Shown here piece after piece: positions 38,327 through 52,600 of a stretch of DNA of 64,000 bases. The notes under the pieces are model-generated. The model searched no databases. It was not told the origin of the DNA and saw only the letters and a program-made list of their open reading frames with translations. Position 1 is the stretch's first letter; every line of letters begins with the position of its first letter. This DNA comes from Octopus bimaculoides (lineage: Eukaryota): positions 12,831,770 through 12,895,769 of the forward strand of contig NC_068998.1 of the NCBI RefSeq assembly GCF_001194135.2, given 5' to 3'. The position numbers were made by a program, and so were the translations under genes.

Positions 38327-41046
38327 GTATGTCTTCATCTGTTCTAATTGAATATTGATCCTTAATGTTAACCATTGTTGCTTTGATACTAAAATTATTC
38401 TAATGACTAAATAAAAAGATGTGTGTGTGTGTGTGTGTGTGTGATGTGTTAGGAAACAAAATTTTGATAATGAATATTTATTTAAACACATTACTCATGT
38501 TGTAAATTGGCTGGTGGTAGGAAGGGCATTCAGTCATTAAAAACCACAGTAAAAAAGAAAGAATTGAATAAAGAAAACGGGTATTCTGTAAGCTGCATTG
38601 CTTATGTAGTATTATAAGTAGTAGGGAGGTAACTTGAAATAAAGAATTGATATGGGGGAGGGACCCTTCAGTTTTATCACAGTCATTTCTCTAGTGCTGG
38701 TGCTATGTTAAAATACACTGAGATAACATTGTAAAGTAGTTGGTCACTGGAAAGACATCCTACTATTAGAAACAAAATAGACATTGACTCTGCATGCCAC
38801 ATTGCAAGCAGAGCATCTTGGAGTGCAATAACTGTGAATAAAAATTGGTTGAGGATAAAGGAAAGTCTGTACATCCTACCACAGAAAGCTTCCCTAGTGC
38901 TAGTGGGACAATAAAATGTATGTTATGTCCCTTATATCTTCAAGTACCACTCCTGTTATGGCTGCTGATGATGTAAACTTCATTTAAATTGATGAAAGGA
39001 TTATATCTGCAACTTTTTATATTGCAACAATGAAGATAATGTTGATGTTAGTGAAGAAATCTGCAGTTGCTGCTACAAATAAAATGCATAATAATTTCTT
39101 TATTCTTGCTGTTTTGGATAAATTCTCTTCAGACAATGAACATTGAGAAGAAAAACGATGCTTACTTGAGATAAAACAAAAAGGAGGAATGTGTAGAGAT
39201 AAAACTGTTCTTTGACAACTGAACAAGCTTTTAGAATTAGAAAGGGGAGCCATGATTTTTTTTTTTTTTTTTAAATTCATCTTAGATTAGTTGAGGAATT
39301 CTATCGACACTAACAAATGGAAGTTTGTAAATCTTTCAAAGAACAAACACAAAAATATATTTCTTTGCTGACTTTGATTGTTTGTTATCTGAAGTAGCAT
39401 CTATAACACTGCATTAGTTATCTGTGTTAATTAATCCTACTCTGCAAAAGAATGGTGAGATACTAAATAAAAGGCACCAAAGCAGCAGACTAATTGTCTT
39501 TGTACTCTTTTATGGCTTTTAGTCATTGGAGTACAGCCATGCTGGAGCACCACTTTTAATGGTTTCAGTCAATAATGTCAGCTTCAGTACTTTTATTAAT
39601 TTCATCAATCACTGATGGCTAAGTCTACCTACTGAGTTATGTGCCTTTAGGAATATAAATACCACATAAACAAAACACACATATTTGTGTGCATTTGTGC
39701 ATGTTACACCTGCCATAGAACGAGTATCCTGTTGGTTGTGCTGCTTCCAGGATGGAAGCTACACTATTCTTCAGAAAATTTATGCTCCCCAACTTCCCTA
39801 GATCTCTTTTCCAGACACTTATTGTAGATTTTACTGGAGAGGTTCAACAAGATGATTCCTTTATAATTAGCACACTCTTTCTTGTCTCCTCTTTTAAAAA
39901 TTGGAATTATCACCCTGAATTACCAATTGTTTTGGTGTCTTTCCAGAGATCAAAGCCACCTGGCATACACAGGTCAGCTAGAGAATACCTTCTCTATTTA
40001 GATTCTTTAACATTTCAGGCCAAATTTCACCCTTTTCAGCAGCTTTGCCACATTTGAGCACTTTAATTGCCTCTATGACTTCATCCTCTGTGGAGTTAGT
40101 TTTTGTCCATAGATGCACTTTTGTGTCTACCAGAAAATTTTATTGTGATCAGATTTAGAAGATCAGCAAAGTATTCTCCACCTCCCAAGAATGTTTGTCT
40201 CTGTAAAGAGAAGGACCCCTGCTGAGTCCTTAATGGCAGGTATGGATGAGGGCTTCTTGTTATGAAGTCAATGGGTGGTCTGCCAGAATACATTATTGGT
40301 GAATCTAAAGTCAAAGATCAGCTCAACCCCAAAGTCCTCCCATAAGAGTTGTGACAGTCCAGTTTCCAATCCTTAATGGTTGCCCCCTCCTGGACTTCAG
40401 GGTCCTGGAACATGCTTCCTTTGTGCTTCCACCCCACACCTCCCTGAACAAATTACAGGTTTATTGTCGGTTGTACTGACATTGAGTTGAGACTGCAAAT
40501 ATATTTTTCGAATAGAGCCCTCTGCCTAAAATCTGAAAGTGTCCTTTGTTAACCCACATGACAAACAATGTGGTATGTTCAATCCTTCGAACTCCTTTCA
40601 TATTGCAGCTTTTAATGGTTTTATTTACACCAGGCACCAAGCCTGTATTTGCATTTGAACCATGAAATAAATGTGTGTGTGTGTGTGTGTGTTGTTAAGA
40701 AGGGTATTCAGTTGTAGAAACCATGCCAGAGCAGACATTGGAGCTTGGCACAACCTTCTTGCTCATCGGTTCACGTTGAACTGTCCAACCCATACCCATG
40801 TGGAAAAGATGTTAAATGACGATAATGATGAGGATGTACAAATGTAATATGTGTTTCTATGTTTGCTTACATTTGCACTTCTCCAAGAATTACTGAGCTA
40901 CAAGCAATGACACTGTTGTTATTTTCCCTGCCAATAAATCATCTGTGATTTAATTCATTTTCAAATACATATAGAATAAGAGATCCCTTGTAGCCTTGTG
41001 CTGATATCAAAAATCGTTTTTTTCTTTTTCTTTTCTCTTTCTTTAG

Positions 41047-41223
41047 GAGGGTTGGCATTTGGAAGGTCCCACTTTTCCAACCATCCAGCATCTCATTCAT
41101 AATCAGATGACTAAAGGACAGCCGGTTACAAGTAAATCGCAAGCAATTTTGAAAAATCCAATTTTAAGAGAGCCGTGGGAATTGAAGAATGATGATATTC
41201 TTCTTGATATGAAAATTGGCAAT
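41047..41223 (+). CDS. FER: FER exon 11 (SH2 end and kinase start), 177 nt, phase 0-0
   Basis: tctttctttag|GAGGGT...GGCAAT|gtaagt; EGWHLEGPTFPTIQHLIHNQMTKGQPVTSKSQAILKNPILREPWELKNDDILLDMKIGN. Confidence 0.95.
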
Positions 41224-41457
41224 GTAAGTATTCTATCTTATGTCTTTTACTTGTTTTAGTCATTTGACTGTGGCCATACTGGGGCACCACCTTGAAGAGT
41301 TTTAGCCGAAAAAATTGACCCCGGGACTATTTTTTTGAGCCTAGCACTTATTCTGTTGGTCTATTTTGCTGAACTGCTAGGTTACAGAGATGTAAACACA
41401 CCAACACTGGTTGTTAAGTGGTGGTGGAGGACAAACACAAACACAAAGCCACACACT

Positions 41458-41538
<81 letters not shown>

Positions 41539-42374
41539 CTGCTGGGTGGTTGGTGTTAGGAAGGGCATCCAGCTGTAAAAATCCTGCCAAAACAGTTACA
41601 GAAGTCTGGTGCAGACTTCTGCCTGGCCAGCTTCTGTTAAGCCATCCCACTCATGCCAACATGAAGGCAGACGTTAAATGATGATGATGATACATCAGGC
41701 TTCTTTCAGTTTCCATCTACCAAATCCACTCACAAGGCTTTGGTTGGCTCAAGGCTATACTAGAAAACACTTATCCAAGGTGCCACGCAGTGAGTCTGAA
41801 CCCGGAACCATGTGGTTGGGAAGCAAGGCTCTTACCACACAGCCATGCCTACTGAGAAACATTTCAAAGTATTTTGAAATAAGTTTTGCTAAACTGATTT
41901 GCAGACTTCCATGCTTGACATCTAAAGCTTTTCACATGACATACACCATTCCTAGGATAATTAGAAGGAAAAAGGCTGAATTAGTTCAATCAGGGAATAT
42001 GACTTTCCAAACCCTTGACCAAAACGGCTTAGACCGCATGGAAAATTGGCTAAGAGGTGAATCTCCCATCTCTATGAAGATATAGAGCTATCTCTCTCAA
42101 CAAGCAGCAAGCAGAACATCTGGCTGCTGAGAGTTGTAAGAGAGTGCAAAGACACTAAGAGGACAAGTAACTGAAGTATGACAGTAAATCCAGACAGTCA
42201 TTGGTATTGGATTGCATTCTTGCAAAAGACACATTACAGACTTAGTTTTGATACAGTGTATTTGAGGAAACTCAACCTGGCAGAGTTCATCCCTCTCTCC
42301 AAGTTGTACCCACGATGAAAATTAAGCACAGCCCTGGAAACAAATGAATTTGTTGTCAATTTACTGTTCTGCTT

Positions 42375-42790
42375 AAGGTGATGAGCTGGCAGAATCATTA
42401 GCATGTAAGGCAGCAAGCTTGCAGAATCGTTAGCATGTCTGGTGAAATGCTTAGTGGCATTTCATCTGCCGCTACGTTCTGAGTTCAAATTCCGCCAAGG
42501 TAGACTTAGCCTTTCATCCTTTCAGGGTCGATAAATTAAGTACCAGTTACGCACTGGGGTCGATGTAATCGACTTAATACCGTTGTCTCTCCTTGTTTGT
42601 CCCCTCTATATTTAGCCCCTTGTGGGCAATAAAGAAATAAGAATCATTAGCATGCTTTATTTTCTGAGTTCAAATTCTGCCAAGGTCGATTCTGTCTTTC
42701 TTCCTTGATAAAATAAGTACTGGGATCGATGTAATTAACTTACCCACTACCCCCAAACTTGCTGGCCTTGTGCCAAAATTTGAAAGCAAT
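42375..42790 (+). mobile_element. Stacked SINE copies, one young and CpG-retaining
   Basis: Same family as 24449-25560; ccgctacgttctgagttcaaattccgcc retains CpGs. Confidence 0.8.
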
Positions 42791-43615
42791 TTATAGTGCT
42801 GCTGCTACTTACAGCAGTAAGTTGTACTATAGCATGGTGAACTGAGTTGTTGAGTGTTAGGGATTGTCTTGGATAAAAAAACCCACCAGATTTTCAATTT
42901 GGTGCTATGATCCCTATTCTATTAACTCATCCTCCTCTCTAGTTAATCTGTAGGCTGCAATGATTCTCTCCTCACTACTTCAACAAGTATAATGAAATCT
43001 ATGCATGTACTGAGGAGGCCTAATAAGACCAAAATATGCCTGGAGTTGTCTCCCATACATACTAGAATAATTATAACAATATCAGTCTTTAAATAATACT
43101 GTCATTTCCTCACTGTGTGATTATTTCTAAATAGTTTTTTAATCCTCACTGCATTAAAAATATTAATTTTAACTTGCTTATATGATACAGTAGTTGGCAT
43201 CAAGCATTCAACTCTTAAAAATTCTCCAAGAGATTGTGCGACTGTTCAGTTTATAGACAGGATTTCACCCTACTCCTTTGAAGTGTGATTATTTATAGAG
43301 AAGTGTGATTTTTTATAGAGATTAATACATATAAATTATAGAGTAAGTCCCTTCTATTCATTGCTTACCAGCTGTATAATGACTTTAGTCAACTAATCTT
43401 TGGTACGTAGCCACTATATAATAAACCTCATTTTGAGAGATCTGAAGAACTTTTCTTAACGATTGAATTTGTTGACTGGAACTACCTATGCTATGTATTA
43501 CATAGAAAAAGTAACATAAATGTCTCTAAATTGATGTTTCTGCCTTAACACATAAATGTATATAATTAGAACGTTTCTATGATGTTAAATATTTTTGTCT
43601 TTTTCTTTCACTCAG

Positions 43616-43829
43616 GGTAATTTTGGTGAAGTGTACAAGGGTAAATATAAACCAGAAGACAAGGTGGTAGCGGTAAAAACATGTCGAGATAGTTTAACTG
43701 AGGAACAACGAAAAACCTTCTTGCAAGAAGGGCGTATTCTAAAACAATACGATCATCCAAATATCGTAAAATTCATTGGCATTGCAGCCCAGAGAAAACC
43801 TGTCATGATTGTCATGGAGTATGTTGAAG
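43616..43829 (+). CDS. FER: FER exon 12 (kinase Gly-loop, VAVK), 214 nt, phase 0-1
   Basis: ctttcactcag|GGTAAT...GAAG|gtaagg; [71 protein letters not shown]. Confidence 0.97.
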
Positions 43830-44895
43830 GTAAGGACTGTTATGAAAAAATTTCAAAGACAAAATATTGGCTGTATGATTAAGAAGCTTGCTTTGCAACC
43901 ATGTGGTTTTGGGTTCAATCCCTCTTCACAGCATCTTGAGCAGATGTCTTCTACTATCAGCCCAGGCTGTCCAATACTCTGTGAGTGACTTTGGTTGGTG
44001 GAAACTATATGGAAGCCAGTCATGTATGTGTGCCTGTGTTTGACAACTGCTGTTGGTTTAATATGCTCATAACTTAGTGGTTTGGCAAAACAGACTCACA
44101 GAATAAGCACCGGACTTTAAAAAATTAGTACTGGGGATCAATCTGTTCAACTAAAACCCTTCAAGGCAGTGCCCCCGCATGGCCACAGTCAAATGACTAA
44201 CACAAGTAAAGGAAGACATATGTACACAAATGTGTATATTCATAATGCACATTAGTATTATGAGAATGGAATCTTATTCTTCCAAAAACTGCATGTGCTT
44301 GTGTGTGTGTGTGTGTGTGTGTATGTGCATGTGTGTCTCTTTTAGTAAAGTATAATGACAACAGATCTTTTCTTTTAACTTTTACTTGTTTCAGTCATTG
44401 GACTGTGGCCATGCTTTGAAGAATTTTTAGTCGAATGAATCGACCCTAGTATTTTTTTAAAACCTAGTGGTTATTTCATTGATCTCTTTTGCTGAACTGC
44501 TAGTTTACAGGGACATAAACACACCAACACCAGTTGTCAAGCAATGGTGAGGTTATTGGCACAAACACACACACATATATGATGGGCTTCTTTTCAGTTT
44601 CCATCTACCAAATCCACTCACAAGGTTTTGATTGGTTTGAGGCTATAGTATAAGACACTTGCCCAAAATGCCATGCAGTGGGACTGACCCAGAACCATGT
44701 GGTTGAGAAGCGAGCTTCTTACCACACAACCACGCCTAATTAAGATATAAAAAATTAAGATTTAATATTTACACTATAATTAATCTTACTGACCTCCTAT
44801 CCAGTATGTCCACTTCCATTAGTGACCTTAACTATATTCTTATCTAACTGTCACTTTATCTAATAATTATTATTTTTGCTTTGTTTTTTTGTCAG

Positions 44896-45019
44896 GTGGG
44901 TCATTGTTGTTATTTTTGCGAAAAAATGGACGACAACAGACACGAAATCAGCTGGTATTAATGTGCGAGAATGCTTCTAGTGGAATGAATTACCTAGAGA
45001 GTAAAAACTGTATACACAG
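44896..45019 (+). CDS. FER: FER exon 13 (kinase), 124 nt, phase 1-2
   Basis: tttttttgtcag|GTGGG...CACAG|gtattg; [42 protein letters not shown]. Confidence 0.96.
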
Positions 45020-45640
45020 GTATTGCTGTCTTTCAGTTTTACAAATTTTCTATTTTATCAACTAAGTGAATCTGGGCCTAACACTATCCAACCATTCAGC
45101 CATTCAAAACAAATATAAAATACATTAATGTCACCTCATGGTGAATGCATGCATACATGGCCTAGTAGTTGGGGTGTTGCACTCACCATCATAAAACTGT
45201 AGTTTCAATTTCTGTACTGGGCACTGCATTGTCAAATGTTATGCATATTTATTCACAACGTTTTGGATTAATCATGCATTATCTCATAGCTTTGATATCT
45301 TGATGGTGTGATTGTATATTTTTAGAGTGACATTCTAAGTATATGTGAAAGGCTGAATCTGGTCAGTTTAAACATAAAACAAGGAGAACATTTTGGCCAG
45401 ATATGGTCAGTTTGAATGCTAAAGGGTTAGATAATATAATTTTTACAAAATATAACAATATTGGATTCAATACATAATTCCCGATAAAAATTCTTATGAA
45501 ACAAAGAAATTCAGCGTTAAATTCCTTGTTATTTTGAAAAGTAATTAAGAAGACATAACTGGTCATAAAAGGATTAAATTATATTTTAATGTATTATTAT
45601 GTTTTACATAAAGCAACCAAGTTTGAGAGATTCTCGCTAA

Positions 45641-45814
<174 letters not shown>

Positions 45815-46469
45815 TAATAATTTTGTTTTTTCTTTATTTTCTCATTAAAGTTTATATTAGATCTTACTTGGTCTACCAAGTGTTGTGTCCACCTTTAGGT
45901 ATAGCTTTCAGTCACCTGAAATATATATGATATAATTGCACTTTTTAACCCTTTTGTTACCAACCTTCCTGCATCTACACCTGATTCTATGGATACCAGC
46001 TTCCATTTCTAAAGTGATCTAAATTAAAGCCTTCCATCAAAGTTTCATGTTAATTTTATATGTTTTAACAACCAGTTTAATGGTGACAAAGTTTTTGTCA
46101 ATGATCGCAGCTCACCTTACTGAGGCATCAAGTGATGCCCGTGAGGGGGCTTGGCTTTCCCAATGCTTTAGCCTCGCCATCGCCCATGGTAATGCTGTGA
46201 GCATGCTGGCTTGCTTCAGTAGGTTTTGTTAAAACTTGTGGTGTGCGACCAGTTGCAGTGATAAAAAAAAAAAATTCCCCCACAAATGGCTTCAATAGAG
46301 TTTTAACAGAATGATTTGGAAGAATTAGATGAAAGTTCTCTGGTAATTTTCTTTCATGAAAATTGCAATGTTTTTATCAGTCTGAATGGGCATAAAGCAT
46401 ATTTGAACTGATAATAACATTGCAATCTTATAATTACAGTTTTGTTTTAATATTATATATTATGCAAAG

Positions 46470-47345
46470 GCACATGGCTTAGTGGTTAGGGCATTTGGCT
46501 TACAATCGTAAGGTCATGAGTTCAATTTCTGGTGACGCGTTGTGTCCTTGAGCAAGACACTTTATTTCACATTTCCCCAGTCCACTCAGTTAGCAAAAAT
46601 GAGTAGTACCTGTATTTCAAAGGGCTAGCCTTGTCACATTCTGTTTCACACTGAATCTCCCTGAGAACTACATTAAGGGTACAAGTGTTTGTGGAGTGCT
46701 CAGCCACTTGCATGTTAATTTCACGAGCAAGCTGTTCCATTGATCGCATCAGCTGGGACCCTCTTTGTCGTAACTGATGGAGTGCTCCTGTTTTGCCTAT
46801 TATGCTATTATTCAAATTTATGAAACGTATGTTTAGCTTGGTGACTACAACGTAATGTATGGCTCCTTGGGCAAGTGTCTTCTCCTATAGCCTGAGGCCA
46901 ACCAAAGCCAAGGCCTTGTTATTGGATTTGGTTGACAGAAACTGAGAGAAGCCCATCGTATATTATATATAACGTTGGCGTTAGGAAGGGCATCCAGCTG
47001 TAGAAACTCTGCCAAATTAGATTGGAGCCTGGTGTTGCCATCCGGTTTCACCAGTCCTCAGTCAAATCGTCCAACCCATGCTAGCATGGAAAGCGGACGT
47101 TAAACGATGATGATGATGATGATATATATATGTGTGTGTGTGTTTTGGTGTCTGTGTTTGTCCCCCACCACTGCTTGACAACCGGTGCTGGTGTGTTTAC
47201 GTCCCAGGAACTTAATGGTTCAACAATAGAGCTTGATCGAATAAGTACTAGGCTTTCGCAAAAAAAAGTCCTGGGGTTCGATTTGTTTGACCAAAACCCT
47301 CCAAGGCGGTGCCCCAGCATGACCGCAGTCTAATAACTGAAGCAA
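46470..47345. mobile_element. Adjacent SINEs of several families in the intron between exons 14 and 15
   Basis: tRNA-like head at 46470; tggcgttaggaagggcatccagctgtagaaac family; reverse copy of the cagtcatttgactgcggccatgctgg family at about 47130-47345. Confidence 0.75.
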
Positions 47346-47503
47346 ATGGAAGAGAGAAAACAAAGATATAAAATGTATTATTCTTATATATAAATATGAA
47401 TGGATAGATAAGGTGCAAATGTACAGACATATGCGTACACAAACACATACACACACCTTTTAAGAAAATTATCTTCACTGTTTTATTATTTGTTACATTT
47501 CAG

Positions 47504-47626
47504 GAAAATATACGTCACTGTGTGATGTATGGAGTTTTGGCATTCTTATGTGGGAGGTTTTCTCTTCCGGGCTTACACCTTATCAAGGTATGAGCAATGC
47601 ACAAGCGAAGGAACGAATTGATGCAG
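47504..47626 (+). CDS. FER: FER exon 15 (kinase), 123 nt, phase 1-1
   Basis: ttacatttcag|GAAAATAT...GCAG|gtaaat; [41 protein letters not shown]. Confidence 0.97.
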
Positions 47627-48245
47627 GTAAATATGACAGCAATCGTTTGCCTTGTTTGAAATTACGATCATGAAAAATATGAAATAAAACGTTTCTTAAG
47701 AGATTCACAGCTGAGTAGCAACCTTAGCAGAGAGAGAGAGAGAGAGAGAGCGCTACAAAGCATTGATGTTTATGAGTAATTTCTATTGTTTTTGCCTTTT
47801 GTTAAATTTATACCTGCGTATCATAAAGTCATGGTGTTAATAAGTTGGGTGTCATTTTTGCATACAAGTGGATGTACCTAAAAATTAAATTTTACAGAGT
47901 TTTCTCCCCTTGGTAAAATTTATAAGCGTGTGAGATTTTGACGTTCTCTTGTTCATGTAATCATGAATGCAACCTTTTACACATGAAACTGGATGTAATC
48001 GAATATATTCTTAGATGATAAGCATATATAATAGCAGTTATTAATTGAAAAAGCATCCAGCTGTTAAAACAATCACTCCATATCTTACCGACGCGAACAT
48101 GGGGAAATTGATAATGTAAAAGAATATACAAGATACAATAGATTTTCGGTAATATTTCTAGAGATTGTCTATCAGAAACATGATACATTTATTCAAATAA
48201 TGCACTTCATTCATGAAGTAACTGGTTTGATTTTACTGACTTGTA

Positions 48246-48354
48246 ACTTTTCGTTCTAAGCATGTTAATGTGTTTTTTTCTCTTTTTCTACATTAGGCTA
48301 CTTTTCGTTCTAAGCATGTTCATGTGTTTTTTTCTCCTTTTCTACATTAGGCTA
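48246..48354 (+). repeat. Tandem duplication (54-bp period, 2 copies) of the last 3' splice site
   Basis: acttttcgttctaagcatgtt(a/c)atgtgtttttttctc(t/c)ttttctacattaggct occurs twice; AGs at 48295-96 and 48349-50; two mismatches between copies. Confidence 0.95.
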
Positions 48355-48490
48355 CCGTATGCCAGCACCTCAAGGAACACCTGAGGAAATATATGAACTG
48401 ATGCACCGGTGCTGGAAGTACGATCCAGAAGCTCGACCTCATTTTGATGAAATCAACAAGGAATTAAAGAAAATCTTAGCAACCATCTAG
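48351..48490 (+). CDS. FER: FER exon 16, last coding exon (kinase C-terminus), 140 nt including TAG
   Basis: ttctacattag|GCTACCGT...ATCTAG; GYRMPAPQGTPEEIYELMHRCWKYDPEARPHFDEINKELKKILATI*. Confidence 0.96.
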
Positions 48491-49330
48491 ATTTAAGAAT
48501 TAGGCATTGTTACTACGCAACAAACTGAAATTTGTTTCTAGGCAACAAATTATTAAACATGAAAGCATTTTTAGAGTGCTGTCTATCCTAGAGTGAAATG
48601 TATAGCAAAATGAGAAAGAAACCCATTCCTCTCTTTTGCTATGTTTTTCTTTCAGAATGAAAAAAGAGAAAGAATTATCTTGAAGAAATGGTTAGGATTT
48701 TGTACAGATTAAAAAGAATCAAATGGACTACATATTTTCTTTGTCTAATTTTTATATTTAAAGAAAAAATCCCAAGCAAAAGTAGGCAATAAATATATTT
48801 AACTTAAAATTTCACAGGGAGAGAAAAAAAAAAAAAGAGAAATGAAAGAAAAATTATTAAAGGGAAATTGCTTTAAAACTTGGGTTGCTTTTTCCGATAT
48901 CTTATAATTTAATTTTTTTAATGGGATGGGATTCAGAGATTAATCATTCTTTTTAACTATTTTTATTCCTCTTTTTCTAAGCTGACTGCATTTTCTACAT
49001 CTGAGTCCAATTTTTATAAATTTTATCCAGCAAATTTACAGATCTATTTTCACTTCATCTCTATCACTTATAATTCTACTCTATTGCAGTCTTTTCCCTT
49101 GCTCTTACCTTAATTTCTGACACATGTTTTGTTTCTTTTTATTGAAATATTTCAAACCCTGCAATGCCACCTGAAAACACCCTTAAATAAAAAAAAAATA
49201 TCATTTGCTATCAGAAAATTATATTTTTCTAGCTGCATTTTTTTTTTATTATTATTATCCATTATCTATTTTTTATTACCCTAACTATAAAAGTAAAAAA
49301 ACCAAACACCCCTAAAAGTAAAGAATAAAC
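48491..49330 (+). other. Probable FER 3' UTR with candidate polyadenylation signals
   Basis: A/T-rich sequence after the TAG; AATAAA at 48788, 49186 and 49324. The true end is unknown. Confidence 0.4.
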
Positions 49331-49655
49331 TTTCATAACTGTGAGATATTTGATGAAATAATGAAGGTAATAATCACTGGTAGTTATGATGACCAACTGA
49401 AGATATGAGGATTTTTCTAGAAGTTACAATGACCTCCAACTTGCACACATATTTTTATTATTTCTAGAAGACTTTACAGTTTGTCACTGGCTTCTTTTCA
49501 GCCTTTCCCTGTGACAAACATGTAATGTGAAAGAAATTGCAGCTCTTCTCTCTCCCATGCATCGACACTTTCATACAAATATCTTTTCCATTTACTTTCA
49601 TATTCTTTCTCTCTATCCATCAATCCATCCACATATCCATCCATCTATATATGTA

Positions 49656-49690
<35 letters not shown>

Positions 49691-52600
49691 CCCTCTCCCT
49701 TCTTACATATATGCACACACACACACACACATATCTAAAATTATTTTTATACATAATATAATGGCCATAAGGATACCTCTATTCCTGCCAATCAACCAAC
49801 CAACCTACTTACACACAAACACATACACACATAGACAACACATTTCCAACAAAGTGTATATTTAGCATATACATTCAGACTCTCTCTTCATCATATCAAA
49901 TTGGTAATTTTTATCAAAATTGACAAAGAATCTATTATAAAAACACAGAAATCCTAAGAATTTGATTCTACAACAGGAAAAACAAATAATTATTTGGGGA
50001 CCAGTGTGTTCTGTCAGTTCTAAATACTTGGTTTAATTAAACCAATTGTATTGAGTGCCAACCTTAAAATTTTCTCCTCTCTAGGGTATCTTCTGATACC
50101 TCCAGCTAATACCTTTTTTTCTCTCTCACTACCCATTCACTCCTATTCCTGCTACATTACTGTATAAAACAGCTGGTGTACCTACAAAATCAAGCTCGGC
50201 ACTTCTCTTGTGTTCAAGAGGGTGCTGCTCCATTGGCTTTGACTATGCCAGATCTTGCATTGTCAGAAAATCATCTGCAGTGCCATGGCAGCCCCCACTG
50301 AGGATTTAGTGATACGTGATGTGATGTAGATGCTGGTATGATGTTAATTCTTTCTTCTGTAGTCATATATCTGTTGTGCTATTGTTACTTTTTAAAGGCA
50401 ATGGAATTCCAGAATCCATACAGTGACAGGGAAAATATGTCTCACAGCATTTGGTTATTGCATTTTATGTTCTTACTTCAAATCTTGCCGAACCTGACTT
50501 TGCCATTTCAGTACACCTGTAAAATACAGGAATGGACGTAACCAACTGTTTGGGATTTGTGTTTATGTTAAACACTAACTTTTCATACTAATTCTCAATA
50601 CATCCTACCCTTCTAACACAAAGAATCTGTTTTATTCATGCATACTCACACACACACACCTTTTTAAGGTCATACAAATTTTATTCCTCCCTAGAGTTCC
50701 CATAAATGAAAGATATTTAATCTTTGGACTTAAAATTGCAGTGAATCACCTGCAAATTCAAAAAGTGGCTTGGTGACAAGTTGTGACCATTTCGCATTGC
50801 TTATGTTGCTAATTTCTTTGAGAAAGCATGAACATACTCTCATAGACCCCTCGTTGTAAACTTCAAAACCACCTGCCTGTATAAGACATACTATTAAGTC
50901 AAATAGCCATTAGTTATTTAGATATTATTCTTAGTTATTTTTCCTACTTCTCTTGAAAATATTAAGATTATCAAATTCATTAGATGTGCATTTTTCTTGT
51001 TGTTAGCCTCTGGTCAGTCACCATTGATTGAGCAGACCTATCATCAAAAGTGTTCAAAGTCAATTTAGGGATATATTACTCTTCAATTGTGTCCTCCTTT
51101 TTTTAAGATGGTAGGTTATGATTTGAAGAAGATTTGACTGCTGAGTAACTGCGTAGAGGTCCCCTTGTTTAGCTCCTCTCTGTGTGCTGTGTGTGAAGGA
51201 CAGTGATAATTGCATGCCTATTTTTGTTTATATAGCACTAGCATAGTAATAGTAGTAGTAGTAGTAGTAGTAGTTCCTTTAATCAGTATCATGGATTGTT
51301 GGTTTTAGGTGGCAGATTATATAATAGCAAGACTCAGCACCTGCTGGTATCAGTTGTGTACGTAATAAAAATAAATCTCGTGCTTGCAAATACAACTTGA
51401 AAGGGATTTGAGCAGTAATTGTCGTTGTTGTTATCATCATTGTTATCCCCCTTGTGTTACAGTGTGCGTTGCACAGGTCTGCAGAATGGTTTACTCTGCT
51501 GCTGCTCTCTTGTCTTTGCTGATTTCTTCAGTTTTCTCAAAACCTCATAGATCGCCCTTGACACCATAATTCTGTTTCTCTGATCTCTCTCTCGTCTCTC
51601 ATCTCTCATTTGTCGGTTCACCGCATCCATTTTTCCTCCCTTCAATCCTTCTCCTCTTCCTCAACCATTATCATCAGAACTCCATATCAGTCCTCTATTC
51701 TATAAGCAACCTCTTCTATTACTGATTCAAAGGTTTAATGGGTGTTGCCTCACATACCTCAAATCGTATTTTATGTTGGGAATAATGTTAACGTTTATAC
51801 ATTATCATTTAATTTTACTTTCTATCGTTTAATCCTTTTGTTTCTTTTGGGTAGCTTATGTCTTATCTTACTGACTATATTTTATACTTGAGGGATTAAC
51901 CATGACAAAATTTCAAATATGAATGTCTGTACACTTCCTGTAAAGTTGAAGAAAGTATTTTCAGAAATACTCCAGAAACCACATCAATCAATCGGATATT
52001 GTGAACAACTTCCAGAACTAAATTACCCTTGTTCCACCTTAACCCACTGTCAATTTTTTTTAAATCAAGAATTATAATGAAGATGTATTCTTTTTTCATC
52101 TTCTTCTGGCTCATAGTTGATGTAGAATCAACGTTGGCTCCTGTACGAAAAGGAGACACTTACAATTATATTGCTAAACGGTTTTACATCAAGAATTAAA
52201 CTTAAAGAACCACTCTTCATCAAAAAGATGATAAAAAAAAAAAAAATGAAACGAAAAGCATCTTTGAATTGAATTTCCAAAGGTTTTAGATACCTGAAAA
52301 TGACATTGAAAATTCTGAAAATCAGGCAATGTGGAAGATTTAACAGATTCTTCTAAAAATTATTTTTTTCTTGAATTATTAAAAAATTATACTGACCAAA
52401 ATTGCTGTCAAATAATTCCACTTATAGGTGATTATAATTTCTTTTAATTATTATGTTTTTTTTTTTTACTTCCTTAATAATTTGATGATTGAACTGGCTT
52501 TAAATGTTCTTTGCATGGTCTCAAATATCTTAAGTCTATTGTTATTTCTTGTTTCTGCTGATCTGAATGGAATTTTGCAGGAAACATGCAAATGTCTTCC

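Noticed and set aside
46470-46545. tRNA-like sequence with A/B boxes (also near 1142 and 45145)
   Set aside because: No complete cloverleaf, and it runs directly into a multi-copy SINE body; these are SINE heads, not tRNA genes.
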